Source of the DNA: a virus
DNA: 64,000 nucleotides
Strand: one strand, 5' to 3'
IMG/VR virus record: IMGVR_UViG_3300025316_000011
Coordinates: 17,023-81,022 of that record
The translations under genes and the position numbers were made by a program. Under the pieces are notes generated by a model that worked only from the letters and a program-made list of their open reading frames with translations, ran no database searches and was not told the DNA's origin. Below are positions 8,457-17,400 of this stretch, piece by piece (within the stretch, counting starts at the first letter, position 1; every line of letters starts with the position of its first letter).

Positions 8457-9292
8457 AGGAAATAGTCAGTTACGGAGGAGGAACCCAATCATCAGCTTTA
8501 ATTATAATGGCATTGGAAGGAGATTATAACTTACCCCGTCCCGACTTCGCAGTATACGCTGATACGGGTGCCGAACCTGAATTTGTGAATGAGTATATCC
8601 GGTATTTCATCGGGTATGTAAAGCAAAAGTATGATTTTGATATTTTCACAACGCAGCATAAAAATGGATTGGTGGATCATCTTAAAAACGGTAAAAAACA
8701 AGATCGTAACGGTCAATTTTATACCACATCCGTTCCTCCGTTATTTACGCTTGCATTGGACGGCACAAAGGGAATGTTAATGAGACAGTGTACTTCCGGC
8801 TTTAAAACGCAACCCTGCAATAAACTGATTAACTCACATTTGAAACGGGCAGAAAAGTATCGGTTTTGGTTAGGAATATCCTTTGATGAACGAAGCAGAA
8901 TGAAAGTATCACCATTAAAGAGGCGTGAAAACTATTATCCGCTGGTAGAAAACTTCATTAACCGTGGCGATTCAATTAAATACCTGAAAGAAAAGGGAGT
9001 TAAGCCAGCACAAAGATCATCCTGTTTCTTCTGCCCGTTTCATTCAGATCGGTACTGGATTTGGTTAAGAAAATATCATCCATCTGAATTTCAAAGGGCT
9101 ATTGAAATGGAAACGGTTATGAATAATTTAGGAGATAAAGGCAGAGTAAAAACCGGAGACTTATTTACAAAGGTTATATATTTCCTTCATTCATCCTGTG
9201 TGCCGCTTGACAAAGTGCAGTTTAAAAACGAAAATCAGTTAAACATGTTCCCGGAGATGATTGATGAATGCGATGGTCTCTGTGGAATTTAA
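8453..9292 (+). CDS. PAPS-reductase-family (PP-loop, Fe-S) protein, probable DNA modification enzyme
   Basis: SYGGGTQS, ADTGAE, RQCT..FK, GISFDE..R, SSCFFCPF, C-terminal ECDGLCG. Confidence 0.8.
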   Translation: MKEIVSYGGGTQSSALIIMALEGDYNLPRPDFAVYADTGAEPEFVNEYIRYFIGYVKQKYDFDIFTTQHKNGLVDHLKNGKKQDRNGQFYTTSVPPLFTLALDGTKGMLMRQCTSGFKTQPCNKLINSHLKRAEKYRFWLGISFDERSRMKVSPLKRRENYYPLVENFINRGDSIKYLKEKGVKPAQRSSCFFCPFHSDRYWIWLRKYHPSEFQRAIEMETVMNNLGDKGRVKTGDLFTKVIYFLHSSCVPLDKVQFKNENQLNMFPEMIDECDGLCGI

Positions 9293-9372
9293 AACCAAAT
9301 CTATATGACCCAATCGCTTGAAATATTAGCAAAAGCCACACTCAACACTCCTGAATTTTTGGAATTTGGGAA
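9290..9372 (+). repeat. 83-bp direct repeat, copy 2
   Basis: identical to 8157-8239. Confidence 0.95.
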
Positions 9373-9409
9373 AACCGGACAATGGCGTGCCGGGAGTATG
9401 CTTACCTGA
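9305..9409 (+). pseudogene. 34-aa truncated ORF sharing its first 22 codons with 8172..8456
   Basis: MTQSLEILAKATLNTPEFLEFG-KTGQWRAGSMLT*. Confidence 0.55.
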
Positions 9410-9509
9410 ATGAAAAAATCGGAAAACCGAAACAGAATGCCCCTAACGAACGAAGTCAGGACTTACCAACTGCCTGACTTCATAACGTGTTCGTATCATA
9501 GGGATATCA

Positions 9510-9695
9510 TTAACCCGCTGCGTTATCCGTAGCGGGTTTTTCGTCTGGAACAGCGGGAATCAACTCAACAGCCATAAGAGTTTTATTAATAGCAACGAGG
9601 TTTGATAAAAAGGATTCCCTGCTGGTGTTTACCATAGCAACATGGCATAAGTCCTCAATTCTGGTCTTTGCTTCCTGGTCAACTAATATCTTCAT
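9510..9695 (-). CDS. small hypothetical protein (possible fibre chaperone)
   Basis: 61-aa ORF directly after the fibre gene. Confidence 0.55.
   Translation of the reverse strand: MKILVDQEAKTRIEDLCHVAMVNTSRESFLSNLVAINKTLMAVELIPAVPDEKPATDNAAG
9512..9541 (+). terminator. intrinsic terminator at early/late convergence
   Basis: AACCCGCTGCG...CGTAGCGGGTT followed by a T run. Confidence 0.65.
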
Positions 9696-9716
9696 AATTT
9701 ATCTGTTTTTAAATTT

Positions 9717-11327
9717 TTAAATCCATGCAAGTACATACCACGAAGAAGTAGCGTGGTCACATCTTAGTTTGGCATAACCTCCGGCACCTGAAAGTACCAA
9801 AGTTGCTACGTCTGCTCCGGTTTTGTCCACAAAGACAGTATCTCCCGCGTTTTTAGCGATAGTCCCCGTATTGGCACCATATTGAGATAATTCTACTACA
9901 GTCCCATCGGTAAGAGTGGAAATCAATGGTAAAGTAGCGGTTTTTGACCCTCCCGTGGTGTCAAGGGTAATTTGGTTTGGAAGGTTGGCATCAGTAAAAA
10001 CGGTATTGGCAATGATGATGTTTGACGATATTACGTTACGGACAACGGCATCAAGTTGCCCCTGAATATCGGATGATACGTTGGTAAGGTAAGTTAATTT
10101 CCCCGCAGCGACACCCGAAGATACCATTAAGCCACCAGCATCCAAAGCAGGTATTGTCGAGGTTGCCAGCGTAGCCATTTTTGACCATGATAAGGCGGCA
10201 CCCGCAGACACGGAAGCATCCACGACTTTCCCTGTAAGTACCAAATCAGCAACTTCGAGGTCGAGGGATGAATTAACCCTTAGATATTTGTCTGATGAAG
10301 CCCCTAACGCAATGGCAGAGTACGAAGTACCGTTGAACCATAATACCGATTTAGCTGTCACAGTAGATCCTACCACGGCATCCATAAGCTGTTTAAAAGT
10401 AGGTGATATTACCTCCCCTGACGAGTTCATAATCATAGCGCCTGCCCCGGCCCCTGCACCACCGCCTCCACCGGGAGTAGCATCATATTTGAAAGTTCCT
10501 GTCACCCATAAGTCACCGGAGATTTTAACGAGGTATGCTGAATCAGCGGCACCACCAATGCCTAACCGTCCCCTCCACGTTGTTCCGTCATAGCAGATAA
10601 GGGTAGAACCGTTTAATCCTCCGTTGACACCGGCACCACCATAGATATAGGCAGAACCTCCTGTTTTAGGATTGGATGGGTCTAATCCCGCCCCACCAAC
10701 GAAATGAAGGTTTGAGCCATTGTTCCCTGTGGATGTTTTCGGGTTGATGTAAGCGTCAGCAGCATAGGTAAGCAGATACGAAGCTGCGGTAACGGGACCT
10801 GTCCCCATATCGAGGGAATCCCCTGATGTGACGGGAGTAATAACCGTAGCGGTATCTTTCCATACACTCCCCGACAATGCTGAATAAAGTAGTTTTTTAG
10901 GTTTGCCGGAATCAGCGGTATCGACAATAACAAGGAAATCCGTTGCTGCCAGGGTAGTCTTTGCTGTCAACGATGTAGGATCGAAGTCTATCTGGTAGTC
11001 AAGCCTGTCAGTTGCGGAAATGGCAGTTACCTTTATACCTTGGTAGGATGAATTACTCGAAAGGAGTTCCGTGCCATTAACCTGTAATGCCGGGAGATGG
11101 GATGGCAACACAACACCGTTACCACTACGGGCCTTACTTACTGCTGTCGTGGCGAGGGTCACGAGCCCCTGAAGTGTTTCAGTAGCATAGTCCCCGGATG
11201 AGACCTTAAAAGGTATGCTATCCATTAAATCCCTGAATGTGTTTTCTGACGGGATATTGTTGGCGTTGAATTTGGTTCCTGCCGTGGTACGTGGGGAATC
11301 GAAGAAAAAAGCCTTGTTGCGTTGCAT
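9717..11327 (-). CDS. putative tail fibre protein (no signal peptide)
   Basis: G/T/A-rich; IPSENTFRDLMDS N-terminus, ATETLQGLVTLAT repeat-type motif, LTYLTNVSSDIQGQLD coil, C-terminal beta domain. Confidence 0.7.
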   Translation of the reverse strand: MQRNKAFFFDSPRTTAGTKFNANNIPSENTFRDLMDSIPFKVSSGDYATETLQGLVTLATTAVSKARSGNGVVLPSHLPALQVNGTELLSSNSSYQGIKVTAISATDRLDYQIDFDPTSLTAKTTLAATDFLVIVDTADSGKPKKLLYSALSGSVWKDTATVITPVTSGDSLDMGTGPVTAASYLLTYAADAYINPKTSTGNNGSNLHFVGGAGLDPSNPKTGGSAYIYGGAGVNGGLNGSTLICYDGTTWRGRLGIGGAADSAYLVKISGDLWVTGTFKYDATPGGGGGAGAGAGAMIMNSSGEVISPTFKQLMDAVVGSTVTAKSVLWFNGTSYSAIALGASSDKYLRVNSSLDLEVADLVLTGKVVDASVSAGAALSWSKMATLATSTIPALDAGGLMVSSGVAAGKLTYLTNVSSDIQGQLDAVVRNVISSNIIIANTVFTDANLPNQITLDTTGGSKTATLPLISTLTDGTVVELSQYGANTGTIAKNAGDTVFVDKTGADVATLVLSGAGGYAKLRCDHATSSWYVLAWI

Positions 11328-11335
11328 ATCGAATG

Positions 11336-11926
11336 TTATTTGAAAAGTAACCCTATTCTTACGTTTACGTATGTGCCATTGAGGTAAACTCCCCCAATCC
11401 CAACTGTCAACTGATCTTGTACTATAATCTGTCCACCTATCCCGATACCAGGAAAGTCTTTGAAGTTTCTCCCGACCATTTCAGCATATAACCCCCAATG
11501 GAGTAATTTGGCTTTGTAGGCGGGAGACTTACTGAAACAAGTGTCTGTTCTTAATGTTATCCTATCAATTTCTTTTGGGAATACAAAGTCTGAAAACGAT
11601 AAGTCGTTAAGGTTCCCTAATATATGTGCCGACCAATGAAACCTGATACCTTTTTGGTTGAAAGTAGAATCATACCAATTTTCACTGATCTCTTTTATGA
11701 TAGTGTCATGGATGATGGTTTTTACTGGAATGGGTTTTATCCTTATTTCAGCGGGAATATGAATAGTGTCATATAATATCACTGTATCTGCTTTTGCTGA
11801 CTTATAGGCCGTCACCTGATCTGAAAGTACATTTATCCTACTATTGGCTGAAATCACTTTGTAGCCAAGGAAACAGGCCAATGCTATCAAAATTCCTATC
11901 ACTACGTATGTTGCTATCTGTTTCAT
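11336..11926 (-). CDS. spanin-like membrane-anchored lysis protein
   Basis: N-terminal TM, short coil, DT(I/V) repeats, amphipathic beta C-terminus; downstream of the holin. Confidence 0.55.
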   Translation of the reverse strand: MKQIATYVVIGILIALACFLGYKVISANSRINVLSDQVTAYKSAKADTVILYDTIHIPAEIRIKPIPVKTIIHDTIIKEISENWYDSTFNQKGIRFHWSAHILGNLNDLSFSDFVFPKEIDRITLRTDTCFSKSPAYKAKLLHWGLYAEMVGRNFKDFPGIGIGGQIIVQDQLTVGIGGVYLNGTYVNVRIGLLFK

Positions 11927-11927
11927 C

Positions 11928-12056
11928 TTAATAAATATGAGGTCTTTCTCTTGTGCAAATGCAAAATATGGCTAATGCGATGATTGCCAACACCAATAAT
12001 CCCACCCCGAAGTTCGGGGTAGGATTTGATGTGGAGTTTGTTGGTTGCGGTGTCAT
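11928..12056 (-). CDS. small membrane protein (42 aa)
   Basis: TAATG coupling to the holin stop; TM FGVGLLVLAIIALAIFCIC. Confidence 0.55.
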   Translation of the reverse strand: MTPQPTNSTSNPTPNFGVGLLVLAIIALAIFCICTRERPHIY

Positions 12057-12292
12057 TACGGTTTTTCGATAGTCAACGGCTGACCCGTTGAGTTCGTGAG
12101 GAAATTTTTGACCAAATAGGCAATTCCGGCACCTACCGCAGATAAAACGACTGGTTGCCAAAATACCCATGTGAAGGCAATGGTCCCTGCCTGTAATGCC
12201 TGATACACTCCGATTACTAATGCTGTGATAACAGCAAGGATAAATCCTTTTAATGCATCGAGCCAATTTAATGAAGCAAAATTTGAGTTCAT
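12056..12292 (-). CDS. putative holin
   Basis: 78 aa with two TM helices; LNWLDALKGFILAV...AYLVKNFLTNS. Confidence 0.7.
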   Translation of the reverse strand: MNSNFASLNWLDALKGFILAVITALVIGVYQALQAGTIAFTWVFWQPVVLSAVGAGIAYLVKNFLTNSTGQPLTIEKP

Positions 12293-12315
12293 TGTTTTTG
12301 ATTTTAAGGTTAATA

Positions 12316-12768
12316 CTAATTGTGTTTAATAATTATATCGGTAATCTTTGTCAAATTTTCTTTAAATAGTTCGGTAAGTATTTTAACACCACCTTCCGAC
12401 ACACTCATTTTATTTTCAAGGTAACTACGAGTAGTGGAAACTAAGTCCCGGAAGTCGTAAATGTTTTTTTCAAGTTTGGCGAGTTTAAGTTCATGCTGAT
12501 TATTGGTTATTTGCCATTCCTTATAAAATACCTGATCGTCTGTTTGAAGTTTGTTGAATTTCTCTGCTAAATTATCATGTTTTGTGATAGCTTTTTCAAC
12601 ATCGAGTATCAAAACTTCTTTTTGCTCCATAACGGTCTTTAAAAGATCCGCCACAGACTGTTTAATCTCCTTTTGATCGGTTTTAAGGTTCCAATAGGTA
12701 AGGGAAATAAACCCTACCATCCCGGTTACTAACCCCGATATTATCCAATAGGCAGTAGATTGTTCCAT
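12316..12768 (-). CDS. TM-anchored coiled-coil protein (lysis cassette)
   Basis: N-terminal TM followed by heptad-rich region. Confidence 0.7.
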   Translation of the reverse strand: MEQSTAYWIISGLVTGMVGFISLTYWNLKTDQKEIKQSVADLLKTVMEQKEVLILDVEKAITKHDNLAEKFNKLQTDDQVFYKEWQITNNQHELKLAKLEKNIYDFRDLVSTTRSYLENKMSVSEGGVKILTELFKENLTKITDIIIKHN

Positions 12769-12911
12769 TACCTGACATTATGAATTTCATGTTTTGTTCC
12801 ACCACTTTCGAGTTTGTTCTCTACCTGCCAAGCTATAATGTATGTCATCAATACAGCGTAAACTATCCACATCATCCTGAATGACCATTTTGTTATTTGC
12901 GATCTGCTCAT
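12768..12911 (-). CDS. small membrane protein (47 aa, absent from ORF track)
   Basis: MSRSQITKWSFRMMWIVYAVLMTYIIAWQVENK...; its TAA overlaps the next ATG (TAATG). Confidence 0.6.
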   Translation of the reverse strand: MSRSQITKWSFRMMWIVYAVLMTYIIAWQVENKLESGGTKHEIHNVR

Positions 12912-13036
12912 ACCCCGTATTGTTTAATAATATATTTGATTTTGTGGTACATAGGCTGGACATGTAAAGTTCCATTTCGAATTATCTATTAATTGAATCG
13001 GTATATCCAAAGACTTGCATTTGGTGTTTTTTTTGA

Positions 13037-13414
13037 TTATTCTTGTGATACCTTGATTTTATAATTTGGCTCAATGGCATCTTTGATTGCTTTTTTTAGT
13101 TTAATATCGCTAAAGAACCCATTCAACGCAGTCTGTATATCGGCAAACCTGATTTGAATTTTCACCTCTTTTACCAGGGTATCGCCAACACCGACAATCC
13201 TTTTTTTGGTTAGAGTTAGTTCAATGTTTGAACCATTCAGCGAAAAATACGATCCTGAATCGACTGCCTGAGTTGAAAACTGTCCAAGGTTCCATTCATA
13301 GATAAAACGCGAACCATGATAGGTTGTGTCAAGCACCACACCGGGATTTTTAATGGATTGCCCAAACCCTGATAATGTCACAAAACAAAGGATAATTAAT
13401 GTTGTTTTTTTCAT
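13037..13414 (-). CDS. secreted protein (Sec signal, Gln +1)
   Basis: true start MKKTTLIILCFVTLSGFG|Q. Confidence 0.75.
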   Translation of the reverse strand: MKKTTLIILCFVTLSGFGQSIKNPGVVLDTTYHGSRFIYEWNLGQFSTQAVDSGSYFSLNGSNIELTLTKKRIVGVGDTLVKEVKIQIRFADIQTALNGFFSDIKLKKAIKDAIEPNYKIKVSQE

Positions 13415-13416
13415 AG

Positions 13417-14484
13417 TTAGAATCCTGTTGAGAAAAGTAAAGAATTGAGAAATTTCCATCCTGAGTTAAAGCCCTGACTTGTTGAGTTGCTTCCAGCCAT
13501 CCACTCCCCCCCTGTGGCTGTGGAATAAGATATATTGCAAAATGATACGCGGGTAATACCTGTTGATTTTGTTATGGCCCACCCTGCCGTACCTGTCCCT
13601 GTTAATGTAATTCTATTGCCTGGGGTTCCGTTGATAGATAAGTTTGTAACTGTTTGTGTTGATCCATCTGTAAACTTTATAAATCGAGTAACGCTACTAT
13701 TAGTACCTAAAGTGGTAAATGTATTATTACCGGAAATAGTCATTCCTCCAGTTGTTAGTGTACCCTCCAAGTACACATTTTCAAATGTTTTACCATTCCC
13801 TTTAAACGCTGGATTACCCGCAGTAAATCGTAAAGTTGACCCTGTTCCTGTGAAAGTGAAATTGCTGCCATTTGTTGCAAAGTCTATTGCCCCGTTTGCA
13901 CTAAAATTAACATTTGCTGCGCCTGTAATAAGTGTTGAGGGATTGGTAGCGTCACTGATAGCAAATGTTTGAATAGTACATGGCTTCCCATTCAAATTAA
14001 TAGTGCCAATAGCTATTCTCATGCCTATACAACTAAGATTATCCATTATCTTTATCTCAGCACTTCCTCCTGACTTATAAAAATTTCCAATAGAAATACC
14101 GTTGCTGTACCAAGTAGCCGAAGAAGCATTCTGCATGAGAAATGTTGATGCCGTTATTGGCATTGTACCACTTAGATAAACATTCCCATAAATATTAACG
14201 TTAAAATTAGTACCATTACCTACAACCGTTCCTCTGAATCCATGACAATTCCAATCCAAACAGTTTATAATTCCAGTAATAGTGCAGGTGACATTCCCTG
14301 CTGCATAAGTAAAATAAAGATTATCAGAACTTGTAGGAAATGCAAGTGCAGTAGTCCATGATGTAGTATCGGTAGCGTAATTTGATAAGGTTGTACTGTT
14401 CCCATTCACGTTCTTCCAATAGTAATTCGTTGAAAATACGTTAAAAGAAATCAGTATTAATATTACAGTGGTTAGCTTTCTCAT
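13417..14484 (-). CDS. secreted beta-helix/adhesin-like protein
   Basis: true start MRKLTTVILILISFNVFS|TNYYW; G/T/N-rich beta repeats; ends NSGWKF. Confidence 0.75.
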   Translation of the reverse strand: MRKLTTVILILISFNVFSTNYYWKNVNGNSTTLSNYATDTTSWTTALAFPTSSDNLYFTYAAGNVTCTITGIINCLDWNCHGFRGTVVGNGTNFNVNIYGNVYLSGTMPITASTFLMQNASSATWYSNGISIGNFYKSGGSAEIKIMDNLSCIGMRIAIGTINLNGKPCTIQTFAISDATNPSTLITGAANVNFSANGAIDFATNGSNFTFTGTGSTLRFTAGNPAFKGNGKTFENVYLEGTLTTGGMTISGNNTFTTLGTNSSVTRFIKFTDGSTQTVTNLSINGTPGNRITLTGTGTAGWAITKSTGITRVSFCNISYSTATGGEWMAGSNSTSQGFNSGWKFLNSLLFSTGF

Positions 14485-14485
14485 G

Positions 14486-17400
14486 CTATTTAATATCTGC
14501 AATCTGTGAACATATATAAACTCCCCCAATATACTTTACAATTAGTAAGTCATTCGCCCCACTCGTATTTGTATAAACAGGGGTTACGCCACCGGGATAA
14601 GTAAACGTTGGGCTTGTAGCTACTGTGTACGTTGTGGTTGATGCCTCATGTGTCATTAATACAGACACTATCTGTCCAGCCACCATATTGCTAAACGTAT
14701 AGGTGCAATTTCCTGTCCTTGTTACTGTGAAATTATTGGAGGTAGAACAATCAAAGGTTATTGCCGTTCCTGAATTACCGGATGCAACAACATCTGAATA
14801 TAACCTACCTGTAACATTTACATTTCCCGTAAACTTTGCAGCCACATTAGTAGTTGCACCTGTTGGTGCCGCAACCTTTAATCCATATCCAGTTGTTACA
14901 TTGGTCAATGCCTTTGTCTCAACTGCGACTGCACAAGACTCTGTTAATGTTGTGTTGGTTCCTCCTGTTGGTGGTCCCTGAATAACCACTCCATCAGCAT
15001 CAGATATTGTCGTTGCACTCGTAGCTGTTAGTGTTGGGGTGGAAATTATAACGCTTCTCTGATTTGTAATTGCCCCTCCATTATGCTGAAGAGTACGAGC
15101 AAGGTTAATATTTACATCTGTTACCTCACTTCCCACATCAACACCTGATTGTGATCCTCCCGTCACGGATACTATATTAACCCCCGATCCCCCTGTAATT
15201 GATGGTTGTGTAACAATTAATTTTGGCGTGGTAATTTGAGTTGTGAAAGTTGGCGAACTTAAATTAGCTTTTAATACTAACTTGGTTGTCATGTCAAAAT
15301 AGGCTGCAAATTTCTTATTTACCCCTGTATCAGATGGTAATGATCTTAATCCTATTGCAGCCATAGTAGTGTAATATGCAGCAAGTTTTTTATTGGCTGA
15401 TGTATCGGCATATAACCAGTATGAGGACATCCCTGAAATTGGTTGATAATTTGCTCCCCACTCGTTTAATCCATCATACATTGCCTTGGGGGTGACATAC
15501 CCATGATGGTAAACGTTGCTATCAGCAAGATTAACATAAGTTCCCAATAGGGTGTGAGCATCAAAATATTTTCTGGTTATATATCCATAACTTGTGTTGG
15601 TATTACTATCTGCACGTTTAGGGAATAATGTAGCAGAGTGATAGTCCCCCCAATTAAAGGCTGTGACACCTTTGTTCTGTTTGGTTCTCCAATCAGTAAG
15701 AGTATCATTATTAATGGCAATAGTTCCCGTAGTTGTGATCGTTCCTCCTGTTAATGGTGAGGTTGTTGAAATTGATGTTACCGTTCCTGAACTTGATGAT
15801 TTATGGTCATTAAAATATTTTAATGTAATTGCATTAGCATTTGTATTTGAATCTGCTTTACTAAAATACAATCCTGCATGATTACCCCACCCATAAACAG
15901 TATCTAATCTATCTATTGAATTTCTAATGTTATAAAAGGGTTTATTGGAATTAACATTAATCATTGTTTCGGGTATAACATTATCTGCAACAATAGAAAA
16001 ATAAGCATAATCAGTTGTTGCTGTCACACCTCTAATGAAAACATGATGAACATCACTTGCTAATCTAATCGCTTGTGAAGACGATCCCGTTTGTTCTGAT
16101 ATATATGATCCACCGTCAATTACACATGAATCACCAGAAATAAATAAAACCAAACCATTTCCAGATGGGTATTTGGGTGAAAACCCACTGCAATTAATTA
16201 ACTTAGCACCCTTAGTAATTCCAGCTAATGAGTTTGTTCCAAATGCGGATATTTGAAATGCAGCAGGTGCTTTTGATTCCGCTGAACAGTTTACAAATGT
16301 TCCTCCTAATGATGATATTCCTTCTAATCCCCCTTCAAGTGCAACACCTACGCACCCATAAGCTATTGAATTATTATATCCCACCATACCCTCATCTGTA
16401 TGAGATAATCCCTTACAATAATATGCTATTGCACTATCGTAAGTGGGAGTTCCATTACCATTTAAAAAACCAACACCAGAATTTGCAGAAATTCCCATAT
16501 CATCGCCTTCACCAATACAGTTATATGCTCTTGCCAATTTACCTAAATTGGCAAACCCTGTTTGACCATGTGAAATACCCTCGCAAAATCTTGCCTCGCC
16601 TTGATTATCGAATGCCGCAGAATAAGGGTGTGTTGTTTCTGCGGTAGATTTAATTACTAATCCGCCCTCATTATAAATTCCAGATTGAACTAATGATGTG
16701 CCATAGCAATCATCTGCTTTCCCACCAGCATCAATATGAATCCCGTATCCCGAATTACTGTTTACCCAACAATCTACAGCATACCCATTGGCACTAACAT
16801 CTAATCCATAATTGCCTCCTGTTAACTTCGTAGCAAGTATTTTTGCACCTGTCAGCTTTCCACTTATCAATGCTCCGTAATTAGTTGTTGATTCAAATGT
16901 GACGTTGTTACAAGTTATTTCACTGCTTGTATTTGTGAGCCATAAACAGACATACTTTGTTGATTTAAAATAAAGATTTGACAATTGACAAATTACCTTT
17001 GTTCCATTATCCTTTACTGCCGTTAATGCTGTTGTATCAATAATGGTTACATTTTTGCCATATCCAAAGATATTAACCCCATTTTTTAGGGTAATCTTTT
17101 CGTAATATGTACCGGGATAAATGACGATTGAATAAGTTGAATCTGCCACAGTAAGTGCTGAATTTACTGTAAGGTATTTCTGACCCGAACCAACATAAAG
17201 TATTTTGTTTCCAATAGGCTGGAATGTCAATCCTGCATGATAAGGAGTTAAATATCCTCTAATACTATCTTCCTTATGAAGAAGCAAAGCTGTATCAACT
17301 GAAGGAAGTTGTGTTAAGTCATATTGTGTTGCATATCCACCCATTCTTACACTATCTTTCTTATGAACAAGTAAAGATGTGTCTGTTGCAGGAGGGATTG

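Noticed and set aside
10430-10480. GGGGGAGAGAGA low-complexity run in the fibre
   Set aside because: Ordinary flexible hinge; the codons are not a perfect tandem repeat, so no evidence of phase variation
12787-12975. 62-aa ORF from the track
   Set aside because: An overlapping frame (12768-12911) gives a TM protein coupled by TAATG to the next gene and is more plausible
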